Below, in pieces: positions 1-8,555 of a stretch of DNA of 64,000 nt. The stretch lies in the IMG/VR virus record IMGVR_UViG_3300011834_000039. One strand, written 5' to 3'. Within the stretch, counting starts at the first letter, position 1. Every line of letters starts with the position of its first letter. The stretch comes from an uncultured virus (IMG/VR IMGVR_UViG_3300011834_000039) (taxonomy: Duplodnaviria; Heunggongvirae; Uroviricota; Caudoviricetes). Position numbers and translations under genes: made by a program. The notes under the pieces were generated by a model. It did not search any database. It saw only the letters and a program-made list of their open reading frames with translations, and was not told the origin of the DNA.

Positions 1-1110
1 TCATGCCAATTTTCTCTTTTCTCTCAATAGGTTATCATTAGATTGTGATGGATGCACATATCCCAAAAAGCTATCTAGGACAGTAAGCCCACGATAAACC
101 AACGCCTTGCCTGCTGATTTGGCCTCTCTCCCCGATTGTCCGTTCGACTTCCCTATGCTCTCCATTGTCTGCCCACCAAGAACCGCATCTTCAACTGGAT
201 CGAGCAGTGCACCCAAGACTGATCTGATGCGTGCCAGAACGGGCTTCTTGTCGATATAGTCAGCAAGCGCGTCCTCATTAAGCTTGATATGCAGGCTTTC
301 GGTGCGGCCTCCATGCACAGTCCCATCGTCTGACACCTGCGCGGCCAATATCCGTCTTGGTGGGATGCTGTACGAACCTTGAGACTTCTTCACTTCCGAA
401 CGGTACTCAATCTCGCCATCATCGGTTGTCTTGCTGCGATACACGATGTTGACGCCGTTCGCGCTTCCATCTCCATAGCTCTGGCCCTTCAAAGGTTCTG
501 ATTCACACAGCGCCACCAACTGACGATACTGCAAAACTGCTGCAATCAGATCGGCACGTTTATCCCGGCGCAGAACCGCAAGGAGCGGGAAATCCTCATC
601 GCGCGATTGAACGCAGTTCGGATCACCAATGGATTGGCGTTTTTCGATTTTCTTTCGTATTCGGGAGCTCAATCGCTCTGCCTTGGCTTTCTTGGTTGCT
701 GAGAAATCCCGGCCAGATGCTCGATCTTCAGGTGTGCGGATAATCTTCGGCTTTTCATCTTCCTTTGTCGGCTCCACGGCACGAAGCGTGTACTTGCCGT
801 CTTCATCGCGTTCAAACCTAGTGTCGGTTCGATATTCGTGATCGCCCTTCATTCGTGGGTGATACTCGCTCACCGGCTCCTGCGAATTGTCGTTAGAAGC
901 GTCGTATTGTCGGTGATGCCCATCAACAAATCCGATCCTACGCGCACTTGTCTCGTTGACGAACTGATGCGCGTCAATTTCCAGCATCAGATCGTCAACG
1001 GCCTTCAGTTTGCCATCCGAAATATCCCGATACTCAAAAGAACGTTGATACGTTCGAACGGGCGAGCCAACTTCATTCAGGTAAGTATCACCAGCTTTTT
1101 GAATTCTCAT
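1..1110 (-). CDS. Putative late-gene transcriptional regulator (C-terminal sigma-region-4/Q-like HTH)
   Basis: 369 aa ORF at the end of the early operon after VRR-NUC; C-terminal 'DAVLGGQTMESIG...AGKALVYRGL' is HTH-like; RBS motif at 1117-1125. Confidence 0.5.
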   Translation of the reverse strand: MRIQKAGDTYLNEVGSPVRTYQRSFEYRDISDGKLKAVDDLMLEIDAHQFVNETSARRIGFVDGHHRQYDASNDNSQEPVSEYHPRMKGDHEYRTDTRFERDEDGKYTLRAVEPTKEDEKPKIIRTPEDRASGRDFSATKKAKAERLSSRIRKKIEKRQSIGDPNCVQSRDEDFPLLAVLRRDKRADLIAAVLQYRQLVALCESEPLKGQSYGDGSANGVNIVYRSKTTDDGEIEYRSEVKKSQGSYSIPPRRILAAQVSDDGTVHGGRTESLHIKLNEDALADYIDKKPVLARIRSVLGALLDPVEDAVLGGQTMESIGKSNGQSGREAKSAGKALVYRGLTVLDSFLGYVHPSQSNDNLLREKRKLA

Positions 1111-1139
1111 ATGTCATCCTCGTGTTTTGGTTTGGTTGG

Positions 1140-1643
1140 TTAGGCGGCCTTGGTGGCGTGCGTTTCTGCCAGCCACCCAAGAACCGCCGTAACGGCTCGC
1201 TCAGCGGCTTCTGTCGTTGTGGTGGCTCGAATGACCAGAACCGTGTAGCCAAGCCGTTGTAGGTCAGCGTGGCGGTCTTTCTGGGCCGGCGACAGTCTTC
1301 CCTGCCCGACCTTGTTCTCGATCAGCAGCAACCGGCCGTATTCGCCATAGATACGGAGATCGGGTTCGCCGCTAGTCATTCCCGTTGCAATTGCCTGAGC
1401 CTGAGCTCTTGGACCGCGCTTGCTGGCGTTCATGTCACCGGCCAGCAGGAACTGGCGCTGGTACTGTGGTAGTCGGCGGAGGCTGGCGACTTGTGCCGCC
1501 TGTAATTCCCACTCGAGCGGCAAGGCTGGCTTTGTCGTCACCTTACCGGCCTTCGTAGTGATTTTGACGCGGGCGCCGTTGATGCGGGTGATCTGTGTCG
1601 TGGTTGCCGTAGATGAAGGCGCGCGTATGCGGCTGCGTGCCAT
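1140..1643 (-). CDS. VRR-NUC domain nuclease
   Basis: 'GMTSGEPDL...IENKVGQGRLSPAQKDRHADLQRLGY' PD-(D/E)XK VRR-NUC signature; ATG at 1643 follows GAGGAG. Confidence 0.88.
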   Translation of the reverse strand: MARSRIRAPSSTATTTQITRINGARVKITTKAGKVTTKPALPLEWELQAAQVASLRRLPQYQRQFLLAGDMNASKRGPRAQAQAIATGMTSGEPDLRIYGEYGRLLLIENKVGQGRLSPAQKDRHADLQRLGYTVLVIRATTTTEAAERAVTAVLGWLAETHATKAA

Positions 1644-1764
1644 GTGAGCTCCTCGTGTTGATTGCGGTATGCCGTTGGTAGCGGCAAGAGGAGTGTGGGA
1701 TGTCACAATAAATGTGGTGTTAATGGCCTACGCAGCGTGGCAACTATTTCGGCCCGGCCTCAAA

Positions 1765-1990
1765 ACAGGTTGTATTTTGGAATTGGCTAAAATCAGGAAA
1801 AGTGCGCACTTCTCAAAACTCGAGAACTGCGCGCCGCGCGCTTTGTGCGTAAGTTTCTATATAAGAACACTTACGCACCAAAAGCAGCGTGCATTTGCGA
1901 ACTTCTTTTTGGTCTTTTCGAGAAGTGCGCACAAAGAAGTGCGCAGTATCAGAAGTTGTATTTTGATTATGACATCGGGTTGTATTGAAT
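1765..1990. repeat. Iteron-like cluster, candidate replication origin of prophage 1
   Basis: Palindrome AAGTGCGCACTT (1800-1811); AGAAGTGCGCA twice (1921, 1935); inverted repeat GTGCGTAAGT/ACTTACGCAC around TATATAA (1845-1878); GTTGTATT three times. Confidence 0.6.
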
Positions 1991-2088
1991 GGCTGGGGAA
2001 GGTACATTTGGCAGCAGCGGTACTTGCCTGAATCTGAGATTCCCGGCTATATCCCCACTTTCAAAATAGCAGAGCGTTAAGTGGCACT

Positions 2089-2472
2089 GTGACTCGTATT
2101 AATTGCGTAGACCCGTCAGAATTAACCGGCCCCCATCTTATAGCTGAGTATAGGGAATTACCGCGTGTTTTCGCTTTGGTACGCTCAGCGATTGAGCGAG
2201 GAGAAGCACCCACCGATGCCCGCAACCCATCCGTTTATACCTTGGGTAAGGGGCACGTTCGCTTTTTCTATCCCCGGCTTGGCTACCTCGCCAAAAGACA
2301 GGCAGCGATTATCGACGAAATGCTCGCGCGTGGTTATTCCCCGCAGTTTACCAACATCGATCAACTGCTAGACGGCTTCCCCGATGTATGGTGCAATGAT
2401 TGGGAGCCGACCGAAGATGCCGTGGCTATCAATCGCGCCAGAATCTCTGAGCGCCTGGCGAAGCGCCCCTGA
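2089..2472 (+). CDS. denV: Pyrimidine-dimer DNA glycosylase / T4 endonuclease V homologue
   Basis: N-terminal 'MTRIN' (catalytic Thr2), 'HLIAEYRELPRVF' (catalytic Glu), 'YTLGKGHVRFFY', 'EMLARGY' match T4 DenV. Confidence 0.93.
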   Translation: MTRINCVDPSELTGPHLIAEYRELPRVFALVRSAIERGEAPTDARNPSVYTLGKGHVRFFYPRLGYLAKRQAAIIDEMLARGYSPQFTNIDQLLDGFPDVWCNDWEPTEDAVAINRARISERLAKRP

Positions 2473-2551
2473 CCGCCAAGCCGAACTGCGTATCGTTCTC
2501 TCCAATTTTTGGTGATAGAAGCTAGCTGATCCGAACCTGATGGAGGAAACA

Positions 2552-2791
2552 ATGGCTAAGATCGGTCGTACCGGCTTCAACAAAATTCTAGGTGCGGGCT
2601 ATACCGTGCTCAACCATGATCCTCTGGTCGGAATTCTCACTCTCAAAACAGATACAGGTACAATCGAATTGGCAATGATCAAACCTGTANNNNNNNNNNT
2701 AGCCGAAGCATTAATGGGTGAACTAATCGTCTTCCTGCAGGAAGGCAAAGGCGACGACGCCCCAAGCTTCGCGGTCGAGCGCAGTCAGTGA
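2552..2791 (+). CDS. Hypothetical protein (spans N gap)
   Basis: GGAGG RBS before ATG 2552; ORF continues across a 10-N gap. Confidence 0.55.
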   Translation: MAKIGRTGFNKILGAGYTVLNHDPLVGILTLKTDTGTIELAMIKPVXXXXAEALMGELIVFLQEGKGDDAPSFAVERSQ

Positions 2792-2987
2792 AAACCGCCG
2801 TTCGATGGCGGGGGCACGTCTAACGAGGCGATAGCATGCTGTAAGTTACTTCCGGCACTAATATCAGCTTTCTCTAATAAGTAATGCGCTCCTATTCTAA
2901 TTAACCATCGCGGGCAATTCCAGATGCATGGTTTATAATTTACGGTATTTCTTACATTATTATCACTTTAAAGTAACGGAGGGCATA

Positions 2988-3395
2988 ATGTTTAAATATA
3001 TCGCCATAGCGTTAACAGCTATGTTCTTCTCGGGCTCTGCTTTAGCATCCTCTGAGTGCGAGAATGCGCAAGATCAGGCCACAATGAACAAGTGCGCCAA
3101 CGACGACTTCGCGAAAGCAGATAAGCAGCTTAACGCGCATTACAGAGAGATCGAGAAGCGCCTTTCTGACGACGACGACGCCAAGAAGCTTCTGATCACC
3201 TCACAGCGCGCCTGGGTCAAATTCCGCGACGCTGAGTGCAATTTCTCTGCATCGGGGACCGCTGGCGGTAGCGTACATCCGATGACAGTAGCTATATGTC
3301 GTGAAAAGCTGACAACGGAAAGAAACAAGCAATTCTCTGAATATCTGAACTGCGAAGAAGGTGATCTTTCTTGCCCGGTTCCTTTTGCAAACTAA
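2988..3395 (+). CDS. Secreted LprI/DUF1311 family (lysozyme-inhibitor-like) protein
   Basis: Signal peptide ending ALA; 'C..A.DQ.TMNKCA...ADKQLN..Y...SQRAWVKFRDAEC...C' pattern. Confidence 0.88.
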   Translation: MFKYIAIALTAMFFSGSALASSECENAQDQATMNKCANDDFAKADKQLNAHYREIEKRLSDDDDAKKLLITSQRAWVKFRDAECNFSASGTAGGSVHPMTVAICREKLTTERNKQFSEYLNCEEGDLSCPVPFAN

Positions 3396-3435
3396 AATGG
3401 TGCGCTCTAAGCCCGCCGATTGGTCGCGGCAATAA

Positions 3436-3461
3436 GAAAGCGGAGCCGAAGCCCCGCTTTC
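3436..3461. terminator. Intrinsic terminator hairpin between convergent LprI and kinase genes
   Basis: GAAAGCGG...CCGCTTTC inverted repeat. Confidence 0.65.
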
Positions 3462-3483
3462 CCTATTAAATTTCCGGCCGATA

Positions 3484-4569
3484 TCACGTTGAGTCAAACA
3501 AGCGCCCCTCGCCCTGGAGCCGCAGCAGCGGTGCGGTAAACTCTGCGTTAAAGCCTTCAGGTCTGTATTCGGACCTAACTTCCCCCGAACCGAGAAGCCC
3601 CATTCTTATGAGTTTGGAGCCAAAACCTGTCTTTGTCGGTGCAGCTACCGGCGGTCCTCCGATTTCGATCCAATTCATTGAGAAAACCGGCTCAACCTGC
3701 CTTTTTGATATTGCAACATTCAGTCGCACTTGCCCCGTAGGATTAGAAAGCGCACCGTATTTAATCGCGTTTGTTGTCAATTCGTGAACCAATAGCGAAA
3801 TGGTCGATGCGCCCTTCGGGCCTACCGATACATCTGGCCCAGCCATGTGAACGCGATCGTCTACAGCAAGCGCAGTTGTTACTCCAGATACGATCTGACG
3901 CAACGAACCTTCCGAGCTTTTGCCGAGCCTCAGTACATCATGCGCGTTCCCCAACGCAGAAAGCCGCTTTATGAAGGTATTGATGACCTCTTCATCGGCA
4001 TTGTTATTGAATGTCTGGCTCGCAATAGCGGACACCACGCTGAAGGTATTCTTGATGCGGTGAGCGAGTTCGGTATTCAGAATCCGGGCGTGCTTTTCGG
4101 CTTCCACTTTTTGCGTGGTCTCGATGACCGTGTCGATCATCCCGCCGACCCGACCCTGTTCATCAAAGATCGGGCTGTAGCAGAATGTAAAATAGCATTG
4201 CTCATCATATCCGTGTCGATCGATCACAAGCGGAAAGTCTTCGATAAACGTCGCCTCGCCAGCGTAGGCTTTCTGAACCATGGGCAGCAAATCATCCCAC
4301 GCCTCCGACCAGATATCGCGAAACGAAGCCCCCATGCAGTTCTCTTTTTCACCGAGAATTGGTCGGAAAGCGTCGTTATAAATCGTCGTAAACTCCGCCC
4401 CCCAAATGATTGCTTTGGGAAAATGCGAAGCCAACATCATCTGTACTGCAGTGACCAAGTGCGCCGGCCAACTCGCTGGCACCCCTATGGGGTTCCGGCT
4501 CCAATCCAACAGCCGAATTTCATCAGCCGACTGACCACGCGCATGCAGGAAGGGCACCGCACTGTCCAT
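3484..4569 (-). CDS. PAS-domain HWE-family sensor histidine kinase (orphan)
   Basis: H-box 'ELAHRIKN', N-box 'HELTTNAIKYGALS', 'WIEIGGP', 'GFGSKL'; N-terminal PAS ('YFTFCYSPI...GRVGG'). Confidence 0.92.
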   Translation of the reverse strand: MDSAVPFLHARGQSADEIRLLDWSRNPIGVPASWPAHLVTAVQMMLASHFPKAIIWGAEFTTIYNDAFRPILGEKENCMGASFRDIWSEAWDDLLPMVQKAYAGEATFIEDFPLVIDRHGYDEQCYFTFCYSPIFDEQGRVGGMIDTVIETTQKVEAEKHARILNTELAHRIKNTFSVVSAIASQTFNNNADEEVINTFIKRLSALGNAHDVLRLGKSSEGSLRQIVSGVTTALAVDDRVHMAGPDVSVGPKGASTISLLVHELTTNAIKYGALSNPTGQVRLNVAISKRQVEPVFSMNWIEIGGPPVAAPTKTGFGSKLIRMGLLGSGEVRSEYRPEGFNAEFTAPLLRLQGEGRLFDST

Positions 4570-4675
4570 AGTGTATTCCAATTTGATCGAGGAAGATTCG
4601 TAGGCGGCACCGCCTAATCTTATGAGATAGGGTCCGCAAATGCGAGCGGCAAAGTTATACTGGCCATCAGTTGAA

Positions 4676-6865
4676 TCAAACCGCCCGCACAAACGACGTC
4701 GTTTTCCTCTGCACTGGATCGCGCTCCTCGACCTTCGCCAAGAACCCTTCCTTGAACAGCGCCTTCGTAATGAGGCTGGCCCGCTTCTTCTGCACCTCGT
4801 CGTCGACATCTAGCCCCAGCGCATAAGCCACGGCGTGACCAACCCAATCTTTGGCCTGCGGGGCCTGTTTGTACATTCCGCCGTTCACAGCGCCACGGAT
4901 TGCATCCTTCTGATCATCAGTCAGACCTTCGGCAACTTCCTCGCTGGACGGCCAATGCCATTCGGTCACAACCGGCGCATGGTCCTGTGGCTGCGTCAGC
5001 CCACGACCATTGCCCAACGCCACGCTTTCGATATGGCGCCAGTCCAGACGGTGCGACAGCGGCGTAAGGTTCGACTTGCCGTATGTGATCGAGAAATAGC
5101 CGAACCGATCCATGCCGGGAATGCCTGCCTCGTTAGCTTGCGCTTCCGACATGCGGTTCAGGACGCGCACGGAACGAGCGGCACCGATCAGCGCCACAGC
5201 ACCGCGAGCATCTTCAACGGTGGCCTCACGGTCGCTCACCTTGCGCAGGTGGTGCACGATGTCGATGGAGCAGTTGGTGTAGTCAGCGATCTGCGCCCAG
5301 AGCTTCGCGACCTTGTCGATTGCGCCGTTGTCGTTTTCGTTGACCTGGTGCGTCGACACGAACGGATCGACAATCATTACGTCGATGCCATTGGCAAGGA
5401 TGGTTTCAGCAACCGCCTCAACGATCGGCTCCTGGATTTTGACGCCTTTCTTGTCATCGATCGCCACGACTAGTTCCTGCTCACGCCCGCTGTCGAGGAA
5501 CAGATGACCGTCGATGTCTTCTGGCTTGAGATTGAAGTGGATGCACGCCGCCATGATGCGGCGCTCAAGCTCGTCGCGCGGATCTTCGACGTTGAACAAC
5601 CAGACCTTAAGCCGGCGGGGCGGCTTGACGCCGTTCAAAGCCTTGCCAGACGCCATAGCGAGCGCTTCCACGATGCTATTCGCTGTTTTGCCAAGGCCGC
5701 CCGGCGCAACCGTAACTGAGACATACTTACGGATGAAGTGCCGACCGAAAGCAAATTCGCGGCGTGGCAGTGTCGACGGGTCTTTCCATTGGAACGGCGT
5801 AGCTGCAAGGATGGGTTGGTCGGCGGGCTCGTCTTCGACGGGCGGCAGCTTTTCCGGATCGATGCGAACTGTTATCACTAGGTCTTCGGGGTTGGTGTCA
5901 CCGCCCTCCACCTTCGCTCGCGCGTTGTCGAGCATGCGCGTGATGTCCACGAGCTTGGTATTGTCGTTAAGCGCTTCCGGAGCCTGACGCGGATGCATCT
6001 TGCCGGCTTTCAAGCCGTTATCGATCGTCTTGCAGCAACGCGGGAAGTCCCTGCCCCAGCCGCGCGCCACGTCTTGCAGCAAGGCCCGCGCTTCGGATTC
6101 CGACAAAGCCCCAGCGCCGACGAACGTGCCCATCCGAAACGCAGCGTCGTTCAGGCGGTTGTTGCGGTTGCCCATCGGTTCCATGGCAAGGTCGTCCAGC
6201 TCAGACTGTACCGCGCGCTCGACGTATCGGTCGTTAATCGTGCCAGACACCGACGGCGCCTTATACATCGTCGTGCTGTCGTATGACCGTGGCAGGACAA
6301 GCTCCAGCAGCCAGTCTGGAGCCTCGACTGGCTCCATATCGACCAGCCAGCGGTAAGGCTGGCCAACAGCAGGCACACTGCCAGCCGCGATAACATAGCC
6401 ACCGTCGCCGCGAACATCGATGCCCGCGCCCAATGCTCCGCGGTTACGAACGCCTGCCTTGTGCTTGAAGAAGTAATGTCGGCCTCCGCTCGTGGTTTCA
6501 GCCGTAAGCGTGGGTGGCAACGCGCCGTGCTCAGCCTCCAATGCGGCAAGCGTATCCGGACCGCCATGCTTCGGATCTATATCCAACACCCAAGCACCGA
6601 TAGGCGCACCGGTCGGCACGCCGATCATTGCACCGGGATTGCGACGCCAAAGCTCCCGAACAATTCGCTCATTCAGCGTCGCACCACGGAAACCATTGCT
6701 GGTAAGCGGTGTTTTGGTGGCTAGAATTTCGATAAGGCCGTCCTCGTCGACGAACTCTTCGTCGGCGGCACGGCATGGGAAGACAGGCCATCTGCGCTCT
6801 GTGTAGGATAGCGCTACGTCGAGTATGGGGTCTTCACCCGAAAACACTTGGATGTTATTTTCCAT
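4676..6865 (-). CDS. Bifunctional primase-polymerase / RepA-like (AAA_25) helicase
   Basis: Prim-Pol motifs 'WPVFPC', 'VLDID', 'TTSGGRHYFF', 'DVRGDGGYV'; Walker A 'APGGLGKT'; 'IVDP', 'VHH'. Confidence 0.92.
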   Translation of the reverse strand: MENNIQVFSGEDPILDVALSYTERRWPVFPCRAADEEFVDEDGLIEILATKTPLTSNGFRGATLNERIVRELWRRNPGAMIGVPTGAPIGAWVLDIDPKHGGPDTLAALEAEHGALPPTLTAETTSGGRHYFFKHKAGVRNRGALGAGIDVRGDGGYVIAAGSVPAVGQPYRWLVDMEPVEAPDWLLELVLPRSYDSTTMYKAPSVSGTINDRYVERAVQSELDDLAMEPMGNRNNRLNDAAFRMGTFVGAGALSESEARALLQDVARGWGRDFPRCCKTIDNGLKAGKMHPRQAPEALNDNTKLVDITRMLDNARAKVEGGDTNPEDLVITVRIDPEKLPPVEDEPADQPILAATPFQWKDPSTLPRREFAFGRHFIRKYVSVTVAPGGLGKTANSIVEALAMASGKALNGVKPPRRLKVWLFNVEDPRDELERRIMAACIHFNLKPEDIDGHLFLDSGREQELVVAIDDKKGVKIQEPIVEAVAETILANGIDVMIVDPFVSTHQVNENDNGAIDKVAKLWAQIADYTNCSIDIVHHLRKVSDREATVEDARGAVALIGAARSVRVLNRMSEAQANEAGIPGMDRFGYFSITYGKSNLTPLSHRLDWRHIESVALGNGRGLTQPQDHAPVVTEWHWPSSEEVAEGLTDDQKDAIRGAVNGGMYKQAPQAKDWVGHAVAYALGLDVDDEVQKKRASLITKALFKEGFLAKVEERDPVQRKTTSFVRAV

Positions 6866-6890
6866 CAATCTTCCTTATTGGAGCCTGGAG

Positions 6891-7079
6891 ATGTCCAAAG
6901 GACGGTATGAAATGAAGAGAATGAGCAACGGCAAATGGTCGGTCGTCGATACCGAAACCGACCACGTGGCCAAGCTGCAAGATTCCTATTTAAGAGACCT
7001 CGATATCGATGAGGCCGAGGCGGCGACGGCACTAATGAACCGAATTCATGCCGCAGGCCTAAACGTCACGCCGCAGTGA
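6891..7079 (+). CDS. Small hypothetical protein, antisense to the replication operon
   Basis: 62 aa ORF with GGAG upstream; overlaps the 3' end of the cytosine MTase gene. Confidence 0.5.
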   Translation: MSKGRYEMKRMSNGKWSVVDTETDHVAKLQDSYLRDLDIDEAEAATALMNRIHAAGLNVTPQ

Positions 7080-8236
7080 TTGTCGTTGGCGGCCATAATC
7101 TCTGTTGCTAGGAAAGCTTCGATGAACGCTTGCGCTGCGGGCGCAACGATTGCATTGCCGTAACCGCGCAATCGTCCCACTCGGGCGGCAGCCCCATCAA
7201 CCAGCGGGAATGTGCCGGGTTCAACTGGCCGCCACTTTCCATCCCGGCAGAACAGCCAGTCAGCATCTCGCCAGAAGCCGTTAGTCGGGCCGGTTGATTG
7301 TGGTCCATGGCGAGCTTCGTCGATGCCGACAGGTCCATGGTGACTTTCGAGCCGTCCGGCATCCTGCCTGTCATACTCACACCTTTGCGCGGACCCTTGC
7401 CCCCATTCCCGTTGCTCGCATCCGGCGTCGGCCATCCGGCAAGATTGGCGGTCGCCCTCATTTCCTCGCGCCGATCCTCCGGAGACTTGTCGTAAGGATT
7501 GCCCCGACTGTCTGCCACTTTCGGCGTCGGCCAGCCTGCCAAATTCGCTTGTCGCGGCAGTTGGTCGAAGCGATCCTTGCCCGTGTCCGAACGTGGCCGA
7601 ATGTCCGCCCCGCTGTCCTTCCAGTCCCGCGAAGCGGGCGTCACCCACGATGCCAAAGCCGCGTTCGATGTCAGCGCGCCACCCGCTTGGTTCGGCCCAC
7701 CGTTCGAGCCGTCCGACGCCCTCGGCGTGTTCCAACCTTTTCCCAACCCAATAGAGCCGCTGTCTGATGTGCGGCGCGCCGAAGCCCGCAGCGCAGGTAT
7801 CGACTGCCCCGCTGGCGTAGCCCGATCCTTCCAGGTCAGCTTGTACAAGGTCGAGCCAGCCAAGTCCGTCCTTGCTCGCAACCTGCTCGCCAAAGACGAT
7901 TGAAGGGCGGCAGTTTTCAATAAGCCAGTGGAAGTGCGGCCATAAGTGCCGCTCGTCAGTAAACCCTGCTCCTTTGCCTGCCGCGCTGAAAGGCTGGCAT
8001 GGGCAGGATCCGGTCCAGACGGGGCGATCATCTGGCCATCCTGCGCGGCGGAGCGCGTAAGACCAGACGCCAATCCCGGCGAAGAAGTGGCATTGTGTGT
8101 ATCCGATAAGGTCGGAAGGTCGAATATCGACAATTGAACGTTCATCAACATCTCCCGGTGCGATGTGGCCAGCCTTGATTAGCTCGCGCAACCAAGCCGC
8201 CGCTTTCGGGTCAAACTCGTTGTAATAGGCTGTCAT
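7046..8236 (-). CDS. DNA (cytosine-5) methyltransferase, alpha-type polypeptide lacking motif IX
   Basis: Motif I 'FFAGIG', IV 'GSCPCQPFS', VI 'GEQV', VIII '[11 protein letters not shown]', X 'YGNAIV'. Confidence 0.9.
   Translation of the reverse strand: MTAYYNEFDPKAAAWLRELIKAGHIAPGDVDERSIVDIRPSDLIGYTQCHFFAGIGVWSYALRRAGWPDDRPVWTGSCPCQPFSAAGKGAGFTDERHLWPHFHWLIENCRPSIVFGEQVASKDGLGWLDLVQADLEGSGYASGAVDTCAAGFGAPHIRQRLYWVGKRLEHAEGVGRLERWAEPSGWRADIERGFGIVGDARFAGLEGQRGGHSATFGHGQGSLRPTAATSEFGRLADAESGRQSGQSLRQVSGGSARGNEGDRQSCRMADAGCEQREWGQGSAQRCEYDRQDAGRLESHHGPVGIDEARHGPQSTGPTNGFWRDADWLFCRDGKWRPVEPGTFPLVDGAAARVGRLRGYGNAIVAPAAQAFIEAFLATEIMAANDNHCGVTFRPAA
7108..8151 (-). CDS. Overlapping alternative-frame polypeptide carrying the TRD and motif IX of the cytosine MTase (start uncertain)
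   Basis: 347 open codons nested in the MTase gene; motif IX-like '[17 protein letters not shown]'; four WxTP repeats. Confidence 0.75.
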   Translation of the reverse strand: MLMNVQLSIFDLPTLSDTHNATSSPGLASGLTRSAAQDGQMIAPSGPDPAHASLSARQAKEQGLLTSGTYGRTSTGLLKTAALQSSLASRLRARTDLAGSTLYKLTWKDRATPAGQSIPALRASARRTSDSGSIGLGKGWNTPRASDGSNGGPNQAGGALTSNAALASWVTPASRDWKDSGADIRPRSDTGKDRFDQLPRQANLAGWPTPKVADSRGNPYDKSPEDRREEMRATANLAGWPTPDASNGNGGKGPRKGVSMTGRMPDGSKVTMDLSASTKLAMDHNQPARLTASGEMLTGCSAGMESGGQLNPAHSRWLMGLPPEWDDCAVTAMQSLRPQRKRSSKLS

Positions 8237-8243
8237 GGCTGCC

Positions 8244-8555
8244 TCAGAATGGAGCTTCGCTTAGGGCCGCACGCATCCCTCGCCCGCAGCCTTCCCACGC
8301 GGCTTTCACCAGTTGCCTGGCTTCCAGTTCGTCCATGTCCTTAAGGTCGGTTTTGCCAAGCTCTTGCAGGTACGCCCCAACAGCCTCCACACCCGTATCA
8401 AGAGCGCGCAGCTCGTACGGGTCCAACCGCCGCCGATGCCGGATATGCTCGGCGATGTCGGCGCATTCCTTGCATAGCCAGCGGATCGGTTCCCGGTCTG
8501 CCTGCACTCCGAGGCCTACGGCGTGGCGTGCGCAGACATCACATTGTTCGCTCAT
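8244..8555 (-). CDS. Conserved phage protein with CxxC...CxxC (DUF6511-like)
   Basis: 'CDVC', 'CKEC', 'GAYLQELGKTDL'; ATGA overlap with upstream gene. Confidence 0.7.
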   Translation of the reverse strand: MSEQCDVCARHAVGLGVQADREPIRWLCKECADIAEHIRHRRRLDPYELRALDTGVEAVGAYLQELGKTDLKDMDELEARQLVKAAWEGCGRGMRAALSEAPF

